Shown here one piece after another: positions 28,852 through 37,713 of a stretch of 64,000 nt of DNA (its first letter is position 1; the number at the start of each line of letters is the position of its first letter). The stretch lies in the UHGV virus genome UHGV-2113617, one strand, 5' to 3'. Below the pieces are notes generated by a model. That model saw only the letters and a program-made list of their open reading frames with translations. It did no database searches and had not been told where the DNA came from. This DNA comes from a virus. The position numbers were made by a program, and so were the translations under genes.

Positions 28852-29433
28852 CTAACCGAGCTTTTTAGTTAATTCATTCCAATGTTTTCTACACAAAGAA
28901 ACATAAATTTCATCACCAATACAGATTTGATTACCTTCTTTAACTGGCGTTCCATCTTCCATTAATCGAGCTGTCATAATCGCTTTTTTACCGCAATGAC
29001 AAACTGCCTTTAGTTCAATAAGTTTATCTGCAATCGCCAAAAGTTCTTTAGAACCTTCAAATAATTTTCCAGCGAAATCAGTCCTTAGACCATAAGCCAT
29101 AACAGGAACATTATATGCATCGACAATTCGGCTTAATTGATGTACCTGTTCAGTTTTTAAAAACTGAGCTTCATCTACAAATACGCAATGAATATCTTTT
29201 TGTGCTTCAGCCCATTTATAGAACTCAAAAATATCCATATCATCCGTAATAATATTCGCTTCCTGCTTAATTCCAATGCGAGAAACGACTTCACAGACAG
29301 AATCGCGAGTATCAATAGCAGGCTTAAGAACTAATACACTCATTCCACGTTCTTTATAATTATGCGCAGCAGTCAAAAGAGAAGCAGATTTTCCAGCATT
29401 CATTGCTGCATAAGTAAAAATTAAACTCGCCAT
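28852..29433 (-). CDS. tk: thymidine kinase
   Basis: 193 aa; P-loop AAMNAGKS, C-terminal Cys pairs (CHCGKK...C..C); T4 Tk length. Confidence 0.9.
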   Translation of the reverse strand: MASLIFTYAAMNAGKSASLLTAAHNYKERGMSVLVLKPAIDTRDSVCEVVSRIGIKQEANIITDDMDIFEFYKWAEAQKDIHCVFVDEAQFLKTEQVHQLSRIVDAYNVPVMAYGLRTDFAGKLFEGSKELLAIADKLIELKAVCHCGKKAIMTARLMEDGTPVKEGNQICIGDEIYVSLCRKHWNELTKKLG

Positions 29434-29442
29434 ATCACCTTC

Positions 29443-29628
29443 TTAAAGCGTATTCACATAAGCTATTAATTCGTTTTCTTTCTTATCAAACCGATCAGCA
29501 AATTCTTCCTGGTGTTCGGGAGATAGCGGGCCGTATTCATCATAAAAGGTGTTTGCTTCTGTATGCTCATCTAGAAGTTCATGGATAAGCTCAAACAATT
29601 TATCTTTTTGTTCTTTACTCAGACTCAT
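29443..29628 (-). CDS. hypothetical acidic protein
   Basis: 61 aa ORF. Confidence 0.5.
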   Translation of the reverse strand: MSLSKEQKDKLFELIHELLDEHTEANTFYDEYGPLSPEHQEEFADRFDKKENELIAYVNTL

Positions 29629-29798
29629 ATATTAATTTCCAGAAGTTTTAAAATAATTCGCTTTTGCTTAAATATTTCCATAGTTAAATGATCAGTATCT
29701 TTTTGACCAATTCCAATGGCAAAACCTTTATTAACAGCGAGTTCAATTAAATTATCAAGTTCACGTAACACTTCATATTGTAACTCAAAACTATTCAT
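29625..29798 (-). CDS. hypothetical small protein (57 aa)
   Basis: MNSFELQYEVLRELDNLIEL...; ATGA overlaps at both ends link it to neighbouring ORFs. Confidence 0.4.
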   Translation of the reverse strand: MNSFELQYEVLRELDNLIELAVNKGFAIGIGQKDTDHLTMEIFKQKRIILKLLEINI

Positions 29799-30022
29799 TT
29801 TGGTTTACCTTCTTTAACGAAATCAGGATAAGGATAAAATCCTGAATAAAATCCTTCGCCTTTATGATTGATGCATCCTTTATTAGAGCAATAGCACCAA
29901 TAATCGAAATCACAAGCCATTTCATCATTGCATAAAGCAAAAACAACTGGCCATTTACACTTTTCACAATGTGCATTTTTAAGAATGCTAGTTTGGCTCA
30001 TAACCATGTAACCTTTAAGCAA
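29795..30022 (-). CDS. cysteine-rich (probable zinc-binding) small protein
   Basis: 75 aa with CEKCKW...C..C..C..C pattern. Confidence 0.5.
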   Translation of the reverse strand: MLKGYMVMSQTSILKNAHCEKCKWPVVFALCNDEMACDFDYWCYCSNKGCINHKGEGFYSGFYPYPDFVKEGKPK

Positions 30023-30210
30023 TATTCTTCTACATGCTGTTTACGACCTTTCTTATCAATAAAGGTATATTCAACGAATGTTCCAATATAGTCTTTATCT
30101 ACATCATGTGGACTATTAATTGGGCATTTAGTACGGCAAATGCGTTCCCATTGACGAATAATTTCCACTTTGTTTTTAGGATCAAACGGATGCGGGTAAT
30201 GTGCTTTCAT
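29998..30210 (-). CDS. hypothetical protein
   Basis: 70 aa ORF. Confidence 0.5.
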   Translation of the reverse strand: MKAHYPHPFDPKNKVEIIRQWERICRTKCPINSPHDVDKDYIGTFVEYTFIDKKGRKQHVEEYCLKVTWL

Positions 30211-30661
30211 AATCCACCACTATTAAATCAATATCAGGAGTAAACATGTCGATTAATTTAGAAACCTTATCCCAATCACCGCCAGCAATACCACAACCTA
30301 TGCGTGGAATGTAAATTACTGGTTTAAACAAAAGGGTTTCTGCCTGTAGATTTAATTCTATCATGCAGTTTACTAAAGCACCATAATCAAGATTAGGACC
30401 CGGTTCGTATTGTGTATACAGGTTATAGCATATACCAAATCCCGTAGGATTATGTTTAAAAACAATAGACATATCGCCTAGTTTATCACGAGAACCGTAC
30501 TCAGTAGTGGTTTTATCTATTTCTAAAATTTTAGGATAGGCCCTTGCTAATTGACCTGCTACACCTGAACCCATAGTATGAAAACAATTGCATCCGTGCG
30601 CAATAATATTACCTTGAAGAAATAGGGCGACAATATCGCCCTTGATATATTTTACAATCAT
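30182..30661 (-). CDS. macrodomain protein (TARG1/DarG-like ADP-ribose hydrolase fold)
   Basis: 159 aa; KGDIVALF..IIAHGCNCFHTMGSGVAGQLA and IYIPRIGCGIAGGDW match the two signature motifs of TARG1-type macrodomains. Confidence 0.65.
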   Translation of the reverse strand: MIVKYIKGDIVALFLQGNIIAHGCNCFHTMGSGVAGQLARAYPKILEIDKTTTEYGSRDKLGDMSIVFKHNPTGFGICYNLYTQYEPGPNLDYGALVNCMIELNLQAETLLFKPVIYIPRIGCGIAGGDWDKVSKLIDMFTPDIDLIVVDYESTLPASV

Positions 30662-30999
30662 CTAGTACTCAATCCTCGATTATAAGAATCTACCAAACGG
30701 TCAACCATTGAATGACAAGCGGCTTTATCTTTCTCCTCCGCAACTGAACATTCTAAGGTATTCCACTTTTTAGCATATCGTTTTAATAAAGTATCATTTT
30801 TGTATCTGCTTGATTTATCTCTTTCTCCGTCTTTATATGCATATATTAATTTCTGCGCAAATTCAGCTTGACATGCTTTATTTTTCCCACAATAATCTGC
30901 GGCAGTACGGTTTACATACTCTCTAATTTCAGTGTATGATGTATTTGCTAACGCAGAAAATGAAATTAATCCTACACATAAAACCAAAATTTTAGTCAT
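30658..30999 (-). CDS. secreted small protein (signal peptide)
   Basis: 113 aa; N-terminal MTKILVLCVGLISFSALA-NT signal peptide with AxA cleavage site. Confidence 0.55.
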   Translation of the reverse strand: MTKILVLCVGLISFSALANTSYTEIREYVNRTAADYCGKNKACQAEFAQKLIYAYKDGERDKSSRYKNDTLLKRYAKKWNTLECSVAEEKDKAACHSMVDRLVDSYNRGLSTR

Positions 31000-31537
31000 T
31001 TACTATTTCCAACAGTTTATTATTTTTAAGGTAGTTAGCCTTTTCTAGGACTTCAGAAGCATATTTAGAACCTGCTTTAACATTCCATCCCGAATTATAA
31101 GAGGATATTGCCTTTCTTATATCGCCCTTATGTATATTTAACCAATAAGAAAGTTCAATGTACGCCCAGGAAGCTGAATTGGACCGTTTATTCAACATTC
31201 TTTTTATTTCAGCATCGGTCATATTATAACCAAGTTCCTTAACTCTTGCTCGCATGGTCGGCAAATAATTTTGGAACATTCCATAGGCATGATGCTTTGG
31301 TTTAGATTTTAAATTAACTCCGGCAGAGCTTTCTTGCCATAAAATAGCAGCCATTATATGACCTAATCCACTCTTGTGGATATTTTTGTGTGTTTTATAT
31401 TTTCCATCCTTAGAAAATTGTTCCCCGAATTGATATGCGTAACGCATGTTATCGAGTTGGACATTACTGAAAGTATGCTCGGAGCTATGTGCCATCATTG
31501 AAATGGCCAATAGACCAGCGAGTAGTGCTTTTCTCAT
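30992..31537 (-). CDS. secreted lytic-transglycosylase-like protein
   Basis: 181 aa; signal peptide; WQESSAG catalytic-Glu motif and SYNSG, typical of SLT-domain enzymes. Confidence 0.55.
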   Translation of the reverse strand: MRKALLAGLLAISMMAHSSEHTFSNVQLDNMRYAYQFGEQFSKDGKYKTHKNIHKSGLGHIMAAILWQESSAGVNLKSKPKHHAYGMFQNYLPTMRARVKELGYNMTDAEIKRMLNKRSNSASWAYIELSYWLNIHKGDIRKAISSYNSGWNVKAGSKYASEVLEKANYLKNNKLLEIVND

Positions 31538-31544
31538 GCTTACC

Positions 31545-32006
31545 TCATTGAGTTTTAATTACTGCTTTAGAAGCCTTTCCTGGTAAACGACGACTGTTGA
31601 TAATTGCCATCCTGCACTGAAGTGACGGGTCTTTGAACTTCTCGTTAGGTTTACAAACTGTAAATCCAAGCCAAAGATTTCCATCTGTGATTTCTAAACG
31701 CCCAGGACGATATTCAACCCCATCAATAAAATCCTCATTAATGTCAGGACGCGGAGGCATACTCAGGAATTCATTAACTTCTAAAACATGGTCTTTTATT
31801 TTGTGGAATAATTCAAAAACATATGTCTCATCAATCTCCCGTTGAATTGCACGATCAAGAAGATGCTGAGAATATTTTAGATGAAACGATGAGACCCCTG
31901 CTGCTTTTGATGCCTCACGAATCTCATTGTTAATTTGACGAAACTCCGACTCAAAGTGACGACGGAGCTTATTTCGACGGATAAAAACTTCTGTGTTGAT
32001 AGTCAT
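31545..32006 (-). CDS. regB: endoribonuclease RegB
   Basis: 153 aa; MTINTEVFIRRNKLRRHFESEFRQINNEIREASKAAG matches T4 RegB. Confidence 0.9.
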   Translation of the reverse strand: MTINTEVFIRRNKLRRHFESEFRQINNEIREASKAAGVSSFHLKYSQHLLDRAIQREIDETYVFELFHKIKDHVLEVNEFLSMPPRPDINEDFIDGVEYRPGRLEITDGNLWLGFTVCKPNEKFKDPSLQCRMAIINSRRLPGKASKAVIKTQ

Positions 32007-32033
32007 GTTATTCTCCTCTTAACTGATAGAAAA

Positions 32034-32063
32034 ATTATACCACAGTCAAGAGGAAAAGTAAAC
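32034..32063 (-). promoter_or_regulatory. T4-type early promoter for regB (GTTTACT-17-TATAAT)
   Basis: Minus strand GTTTACT tttcctcttgactgtgg TATAAT, then AAGAGGAG SD and the regB ATG. Confidence 0.6.
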
Positions 32064-32065
32064 AA

Positions 32066-32386
32066 TTATTCTTTAAATCTAATCAATTTATTCATAGACT
32101 TTGTAACTTCTGCACGAACCTCATGTAGGTTTTTGAGTTGCTCAAGACGCTGCTCATAGTAAGCAATTTCATCTTCTTCGAGACAGTCCTGTGAATCTTC
32201 TTTAAGATAGCGTGCATAGTCCTGGAAAGCGTTACGGACTACTTCCTGGAAGTCATCAAGACTTTGAATTTTCTTAGGAGCAACAGATACACGACGAGGG
32301 GCAGTATAATACTCATAACCAAACCCTGCGCTTAATTGGGCCATTAATATTTTTCCTCTGGTTGGAACACAGCACGACAAGCCCAC
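32066..32386 (-). CDS. hypothetical protein (T4 vs.3 position)
   Basis: 106 aa ORF. Confidence 0.55.
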   Translation of the reverse strand: MGLSCCVPTRGKILMAQLSAGFGYEYYTAPRRVSVAPKKIQSLDDFQEVVRNAFQDYARYLKEDSQDCLEEDEIAYYEQRLEQLKNLHEVRAEVTKSMNKLIRFKE

Positions 32387-32610
32387 ATACTGGCTTCTTT
32401 GAGTTTCGTTTTAGCAATAGTTAACTGATCGAGACTTTCAGCATAATTCTTCGCGAATTCGCAGTCTTCACAATTATCTAGTGCTTCCCAGAATTCATCA
32501 TATAAAGCATCAAAGATAAGCCCTAAACGAACTTCAGCATCTTTGATAGCATTCACTTTACCGATTTTCTCTTCAGTATGTGGCTTATAACCCTTAATAT
32601 CTTCAATCAT
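32344..32610 (-). CDS. hypothetical small acidic protein (T4 vs.4 position)
   Basis: 88 aa ORF; T4 Vs.4 has been reported as a cyclic-nucleotide-binding anti-CBASS protein, but identity is positional only. Confidence 0.5.
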   Translation of the reverse strand: MIEDIKGYKPHTEEKIGKVNAIKDAEVRLGLIFDALYDEFWEALDNCEDCEFAKNYAESLDQLTIAKTKLKEASMWACRAVFQPEEKY

Positions 32611-32824
32611 ATTTTACTTCCTCACCAGTACCTAAATCATATTCAACTAAACGAATAGGTTCATGAATGCCATATCCCTGAACAGAAATTTCTGTCGTAG
32701 GATAAATTCCATCAATATCACCCATATTCCATGCTTCATTAAATTGCTGTTCGCCTGAATTACTAAACCACTCGGCGAAAGCATTTAGCACATCTTCAGA
32801 ACCTTCAATAATTATCTTTGCCAT
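32603..32824 (-). CDS. hypothetical protein (T4 vs.5 position)
   Basis: 73 aa ORF. Confidence 0.5.
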   Translation of the reverse strand: MAKIIIEGSEDVLNAFAEWFSNSGEQQFNEAWNMGDIDGIYPTTEISVQGYGIHEPIRLVEYDLGTGEEVKYD

Positions 32825-33198
32825 TACAGACTCTCGGTAAAGGTACGAGCGATAACGTCGCGCTGCTGTTCCGGAGTCAGAGAGTTAAAGCGAACTGCAT
32901 AACCGGATACACGGATGGTCAGCTGCGGATATTTTTCCGGATGCTTAACTGCATCTTCCAGAGTTTCGCGACGCAGAACGTTAACGTTCAGGTGTTGACC
33001 ACCCTCGATTTTAACTGTAGGTTGTGTTTCAATTTCAATTTCACGGGCATGCAAACCATAGAAAATTTCTGGGTCTACAAAAGAGTCCTCTTTAAAAGTT
33101 TTAGAGACAATAATTCTTGCTTGAATACCGTCTTCAAAATAAATAGTACCTTTATGCGTGCCTTCAAGAATTTGATATGCTTTCATATAACCTCTCAA
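32824..33198 (-). CDS. autonomous glycyl-radical cofactor (GrcA/YfiD-like)
   Basis: 124 aa; C-terminal ...[56 protein letters not shown], the PFL-type glycyl-radical domain (RVSGY). Confidence 0.8.
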   Translation of the reverse strand: MRGYMKAYQILEGTHKGTIYFEDGIQARIIVSKTFKEDSFVDPEIFYGLHAREIEIETQPTVKIEGGQHLNVNVLRRETLEDAVKHPEKYPQLTIRVSGYAVRFNSLTPEQQRDVIARTFTESL

Positions 33199-33521
33199 TT
33201 AGAAAATAAATTTATCCAAGACTGTTCTTTAATTAAAAATGGCTCAGAATCATATGCCATTAAACTTTGGGTGATTAGTCCTTTAAAAGGTCCATCAATA
33301 AATTCCATGGTAAAATATGGAATTTTATTCATTAATCTTGCATTAGGAGCAGTACACAAAACTCTGCATCCTTTGAATACGCCTTTTTGTAATTTGTATT
33401 GCTTAGGATAAAATTCGCTCAAGACGTTGTTATTTGCCAAAATTTCAAAATGATTCACCAATTTATTTTTAATAGTTTTTGGCGAAAAATAAAGATATTC
33501 GAAAAGCTGCGTGTCTGTCAT
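33195..33521 (-). CDS. hypothetical protein (T4 vs.7 position)
   Basis: Start at ATG 33521 overlapping upstream stop; 108 aa. Confidence 0.45.
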   Translation of the reverse strand: MTDTQLFEYLYFSPKTIKNKLVNHFEILANNNVLSEFYPKQYKLQKGVFKGCRVLCTAPNARLMNKIPYFTMEFIDGPFKGLITQSLMAYDSEPFLIKEQSWINLFSN

Positions 33522-34060
33522 CATTGCATTCCGATTACGAAAAACTGCGGACGAGTAATACCACCGATGCAACAATTACTATTGCAGCAGTGTTGTACAG
33601 TGTCAATATGGACGCTATAAATCTTATCCATATCAGGAGATTTAACAGGCTCATCGATTATATACAAAATCCGCGAAAGCGATAAACCTCTGAACTTGCT
33701 TCCTTTATTACCGATAAAACTACGGACAGAATCGGTAAATAAACGAAAACGTATACCATCATTAGAATAACGCGAAAATTCCTTTTTAATGTTATTTGCA
33801 GAAATTTTAGCGTAAGCTGAAGTATTAGAAAGAACAATAACTGTTCCACCGTCATACAACCAATTAGCGGCAAAATTAGTTACTGCAGTTGATTTACCGG
33901 ATTGACGTCCACCATCTAGTCGAAGTGTGCAATACTGCTTAAGTAAGTCTTCAAATGGCGGGATATATTCGTTTTTACAAATTTCTTCTACTCTAGCATC
34001 AGAATGGTGTGTAAAAGCATTCATCAGGGATAGATAAGGACCAGTTAAAAATGTTCTCAT
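33521..34060 (-). CDS. P-loop NTPase (T4 vs.8 position)
   Basis: Start at ATG 34060 (GAGAG SD); 179 aa; Walker A GGRQSGKST, Walker B ILYIIDEP. Confidence 0.55.
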   Translation of the reverse strand: MRTFLTGPYLSLMNAFTHHSDARVEEICKNEYIPPFEDLLKQYCTLRLDGGRQSGKSTAVTNFAANWLYDGGTVIVLSNTSAYAKISANNIKKEFSRYSNDGIRFRLFTDSVRSFIGNKGSKFRGLSLSRILYIIDEPVKSPDMDKIYSVHIDTVQHCCNSNCCIGGITRPQFFVIGMQ

Positions 34061-34108
34061 TTTATTCTCTCTAAATTTGGGCCATTCCATGGCGCATGAA
34101 TTGTCCAT

Positions 34109-34160
34109 TTCTGTATTTACCCATTACCGCACTTGGGCTCGACCTTATTACAGGTTGGCG
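34109..34160 (-). repeat. ~50-70 bp element, copy 1 (homologous to 34650-34740)
   Basis: Shares GCATGAATTGTCC(R)TTTCT(R)TATTTA(Y)C..ATTACCG with the ipIII-ipII intergenic region. Confidence 0.5.
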
Positions 34161-34225
34161 GGAATCCCTCACAGAATCATGAGGTCCAGCTTGTTCCCAT
34201 GTTATTTGAATGTAAATATTTTTGC

Positions 34226-34274
34226 CTTAATACTTATACCAGTGTGGCTTCGTTAAAATTTTTCATCGAGTCAT
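34226..34274 (-). pseudogene. denV: denV (endonuclease V) deletion remnant
   Basis: Promoter and GGAGAGG SD drive ATG ACT CGA TGA (M-T-R-stop; T4 DenV starts MTRINLT); downstream reads K-I-L-T-K-P-H-W-Y-K-Y-stop, resembling the DenV C-terminus KIAQRPTWYKYY. About 115 codons are missing. Confidence 0.6.
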
Positions 34275-34299
34275 TTTACCTCTCCAAGTAATTATGAAT

Positions 34300-34329
34300 A
34301 TACTATCACAATTTTAGGAGAAAGTAAAC
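34300..34329 (-). promoter_or_regulatory. T4-type early promoter upstream of denV remnant
   Basis: Minus strand GTTTACT ttctcctaaaattgtga TAGTAT; near-identical to the promoter at 35359-35388. Confidence 0.55.
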
Positions 34330-34331
34330 TG

Positions 34332-34634
34332 TTATTTACCTTTAATTACTTTAGCTGCTTCGATAGCCGCTTGCTGAAGGTCATCCATAGACATACCGAA
34401 TTTAGAAGCAAAGTTATCAATTTTCTTTTCGACAGCATTCAAAGGCTTGGCCTGTTTACCTTCATTAGCGCCAGGAAGAGCGAGAATACGTTCTTTGTCA
34501 ATATAAAGGCTTACAAGTTTCTTACGGTCTTTATCGGACAAATCATGAAATGAATGGGCCTTTTTATTTATAGCGGCTTCTAATTTACCTGCACTCACTC
34601 GCGCTTCAGTAATAAATTCTTGATATGTTTTCAT
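34332..34634 (-). CDS. ipII: internal head protein II
   Basis: 100 aa; N-terminal capsid-targeting sequence MKTYQEFITEA; adjacent to ipIII and e as in T4. Confidence 0.8.
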   Translation of the reverse strand: MKTYQEFITEARVSAGKLEAAINKKAHSFHDLSDKDRKKLVSLYIDKERILALPGANEGKQAKPLNAVEKKIDNFASKFGMSMDDLQQAAIEAAKVIKGK

Positions 34635-34649
34635 ATGTTTCCTTTAAAT

Positions 34650-34740
34650 GTAAATAGTTTTATTCTTTAAGTTTGGGACAATTCGCACGCATGAATTGTC
34701 CGTTTCTATATTTATCTATTACCGGGTTCGAACTCGGCTT
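34650..34740 (-). repeat. ~50-70 bp element, copy 2
   Basis: ipIII-ipII intergenic region homologous to 34080-34160; contains GATAAATATAG (late-promoter-like) on the minus strand. Confidence 0.5.
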
Positions 34741-34742
34741 TA

Positions 34743-35321
34743 TTAAGAATTACCACGGGCTGCATTAGCAACGGCGTAAGCGTACTGAACATTAGCGTCT
34801 TTAAACGTACCTTTAGAGGTATCTAGTTCTGCCTTAAAGCCGCCTTTAGTCATAACATCGGCAAATTCTTTGCGGAAAGCCATTGCATCAAGGCTTCTCC
34901 ATGACGATTTGTGCTTGGCGAATTCAAGACCAGCGTAGTTGACAGCCTTAGCTAATTTATTATCAATAACCCATTTACCAGCTTTAGGCACAAACACCGG
35001 GCCTTTCTGTTTAGAGAATAGTTTTAAATTCCAGCGACGAAGTTCACCATCAGCTTTAACAAAAGCTGCGTCCAAGTTACTAGCAACAACATCTTGAATA
35101 TGACCAAATTTAAGCCCATCAACTTCAATATTTAGATCGGTGCGCCAGCGAAGTCCTTCCCAAGCGAAAGCTTTAAAGTCGGAAGCTTTTGTAGCTAAGT
35201 ATCGTTCAATAGGAGCTGTTTTAGGGTCAAAGCCGTTTCCTCGGTAAGTCCACTCATCTTTATTAATGCCTTTGGCCTTTTCCACAGAAGCTTCAGCGAT
35301 AAATTCTTTATACGTTTTCAT
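34743..35321 (-). CDS. ipIII: internal head protein III
   Basis: 192 aa; N-terminal MKTYKEFIAEA capsid-targeting sequence; Lys/Ala-rich. Confidence 0.8.
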   Translation of the reverse strand: MKTYKEFIAEASVEKAKGINKDEWTYRGNGFDPKTAPIERYLATKASDFKAFAWEGLRWRTDLNIEVDGLKFGHIQDVVASNLDAAFVKADGELRRWNLKLFSKQKGPVFVPKAGKWVIDNKLAKAVNYAGLEFAKHKSSWRSLDAMAFRKEFADVMTKGGFKAELDTSKGTFKDANVQYAYAVANAARGNS

Positions 35322-35358
35322 GTGTTTCCTTTAAATATTTTAATTAGTAACTGTGAAT

Positions 35359-35388
35359 ATACTATCACAGTTCTAGGAGAAAGTAAAC
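35359..35388 (-). promoter_or_regulatory. T4-type early promoter upstream of ipIII
   Basis: Minus strand GTTTACT ttctcctagaactgtga TAGTAT. Confidence 0.55.
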
Positions 35389-35392
35389 AACT

Positions 35393-35923
<531 letters not shown>

Positions 35924-35935
<12 letters not shown>

Positions 35936-36379
35936 GTTCATTATTCGGTAAAGTGAAGGACCCATCACATATTGCCACTGAGTACGAGGAATAAGAGCAA
36001 AAGCATCCATCTCTGGAATCATAACGCCATCTTTATTTTCAAAATAAGACTCGCAATGGCAATTTCTAAACATCTCATGCTCTACTGGAATCGTATAATA
36101 AAATAACTGTAAGTCTTTATTACTAGAATATTTAAATACACCTAGGTCTTCTAGAAGGTCTGGATTATAATTGCTAAAGCCAGTCTCTTCTAAACATTCT
36201 CTTCGTGCTGCATCTAGTGCGCTTAAATCAGAATTTTCTACACGGCCCTTTGGAATATCCCAGCGATGGGCCATCATTCCAGGCTTACGAGAACCGGTAA
36301 CCCGACCCATGAATAAATCTTTATCTTCTGTCATAAAGATAATACCAGCTGATAATGTTTTCATTTTAATTTCCTGCAA
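35924..36379 (-). CDS. nudE: Nudix hydrolase NudE
   Basis: 151 aa; Nudix box GRVENSDLSALDAARRECLEETGF; T4 e.1 position. Confidence 0.85.
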
Positions 36380-36440
36380 TCAATCACAAACTCTTTCATT
36401 GATTCATTTTCAATATAAGACATGTAGTTATTATATTCTT

Positions 36441-36722
36441 TTAACTGTATTTTGTAATCCTTTTTTCTTTGCCAATTATTTTAAAATTATCATAATGAAA
36501 ATATAGTATAGTGCCAAAGAATGAAAATAATGAAATCGCTATAGTAAAACGAAGTTCACTCCAAACCTCTGTTATAATTGCTGAACTATCGATGTTTAAA
36601 ATAAAACAGTCAATCATTAGTCCAATAAGACTACCCGCAAGAGCTGCAAATACTGATACGGCAAGAATTAATAGCGCCTCAGGAAACGAATATTTGACTT
36701 TATTTAGTTTTGGCTTTTGCAT
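36441..36722 (-). CDS. small membrane protein
   Basis: 93 aa; two hydrophobic helices. Confidence 0.5.
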   Translation of the reverse strand: MQKPKLNKVKYSFPEALLILAVSVFAALAGSLIGLMIDCFILNIDSSAIITEVWSELRFTIAISLFSFFGTILYFHYDNFKIIGKEKRITKYS

Positions 36723-37117
36723 CGTGATTCCTTAACAAATTTCATAATTTCGTTAAATTCATACGCAGCAAGTTTAAGCTGATATTCCTTTTTAATCTTT
36801 TTACACTGTGCTTTCCAATCACGTACGCGTTTACGATAATGTCTTCCTTGATACCAGTATCCTACCCAATTTACAGGTATTAATAAAAGCGGAATTATTA
36901 ATGGAAGAATTAGCGTTGCTCCAAATATTACACCGGATTCAATATCAGTCATAACGTCTATAACCATTCCAGCAATTAGCAGAATCACAAATGATACAGC
37001 TACCACAGGACCCATTAATACATCGGTAGAAATTATCTGGCGCTTTAGTTCATACTTCAAAGGTTTACTTGGAAGGTATAGTGATGGCTTTGACATATTC
37101 TCTGCATTCCTTAACAA
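36704..37117 (-). CDS. membrane protein
   Basis: 137 aa; two TM helices then a basic C-terminal tail; start uncertain. Confidence 0.5.
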   Translation of the reverse strand: MLRNAENMSKPSLYLPSKPLKYELKRQIISTDVLMGPVVAVSFVILLIAGMVIDVMTDIESGVIFGATLILPLIIPLLLIPVNWVGYWYQGRHYRKRVRDWKAQCKKIKKEYQLKLAAYEFNEIMKFVKESRCKSQN

Positions 37118-37673
37118 ATTTTTCTAGTAATAAATCGCTTTCAAAATTAGGATTTTCTACGAATTTATCAAAAAGATCATCAACAATAGTAAAGATATTC
37201 TTTTTACTAAGAATACGCTTATTTTCATATTTTGTTTCAGAGTCAACTATAAGAGTAAAGAAATATTTCTTTCCCTGAAATTTTACTGTAGTATCAATAT
37301 AAAATAAATTTGACTTTTGTAAATTACGTCTAAAACACGCGTCACTTAAACTATAAATGCCAAGATAATCATAATCGTCGTTTAAATAACAAACTGTCCA
37401 TTCAGGAGAAATGAAATCAGTAAATTCAACATCAAAATCACATGTCAATGAATGAATTGATTCAATACTGTTAATAAGTATTCCAGGACGTATTAAGGAC
37501 TTTTTACCTCTATAAAATCTTCCAGAAAGACTTTCGTCAGTTTCATACGAAGACCCCCAATAGTAATTACGCCCTTCTGCCATACGTTTAAGAGCATTTA
37601 GTAATTGGTCTGGAACATCAACATGTCTTTGGAACTCTTCAAACATTGAATTGAAATCATTTTGCATTCTCAT
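37065..37673 (-). CDS. hypothetical protein
   Basis: 202 aa ORF. Confidence 0.6.
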   Translation of the reverse strand: MRMQNDFNSMFEEFQRHVDVPDQLLNALKRMAEGRNYYWGSSYETDESLSGRFYRGKKSLIRPGILINSIESIHSLTCDFDVEFTDFISPEWTVCYLNDDYDYLGIYSLSDACFRRNLQKSNLFYIDTTVKFQGKKYFFTLIVDSETKYENKRILSKKNIFTIVDDLFDKFVENPNFESDLLLEKFVKECREYVKAITIPSK

Positions 37674-37692
37674 TCCTATTTACTCCAGTAAT

Positions 37693-37708
37693 AGGGGCCG
37701 AAGCCCCT
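37693..37708 (-). promoter_or_regulatory. intercistronic stem-loop AGGGGC-UUCG-GCCCCU
   Basis: Fourth copy of the GGGCcgaaGCCC-type hairpin, between ORFs 37714-38307 and 37065-37673. Confidence 0.5.
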
Positions 37709-37713
37709 TATCA

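Noticed and set aside
4461-33873. Minus-strand ORFs overlapping real genes in another frame (4461-4724 within gene 46; 6553-6774 within a-gt; 11733-11957 within nrdG; 27617-27805; 29791-29976; 33658-33873)
   Set aside because: Out-of-frame overlaps with stronger, motif-supported ORFs.
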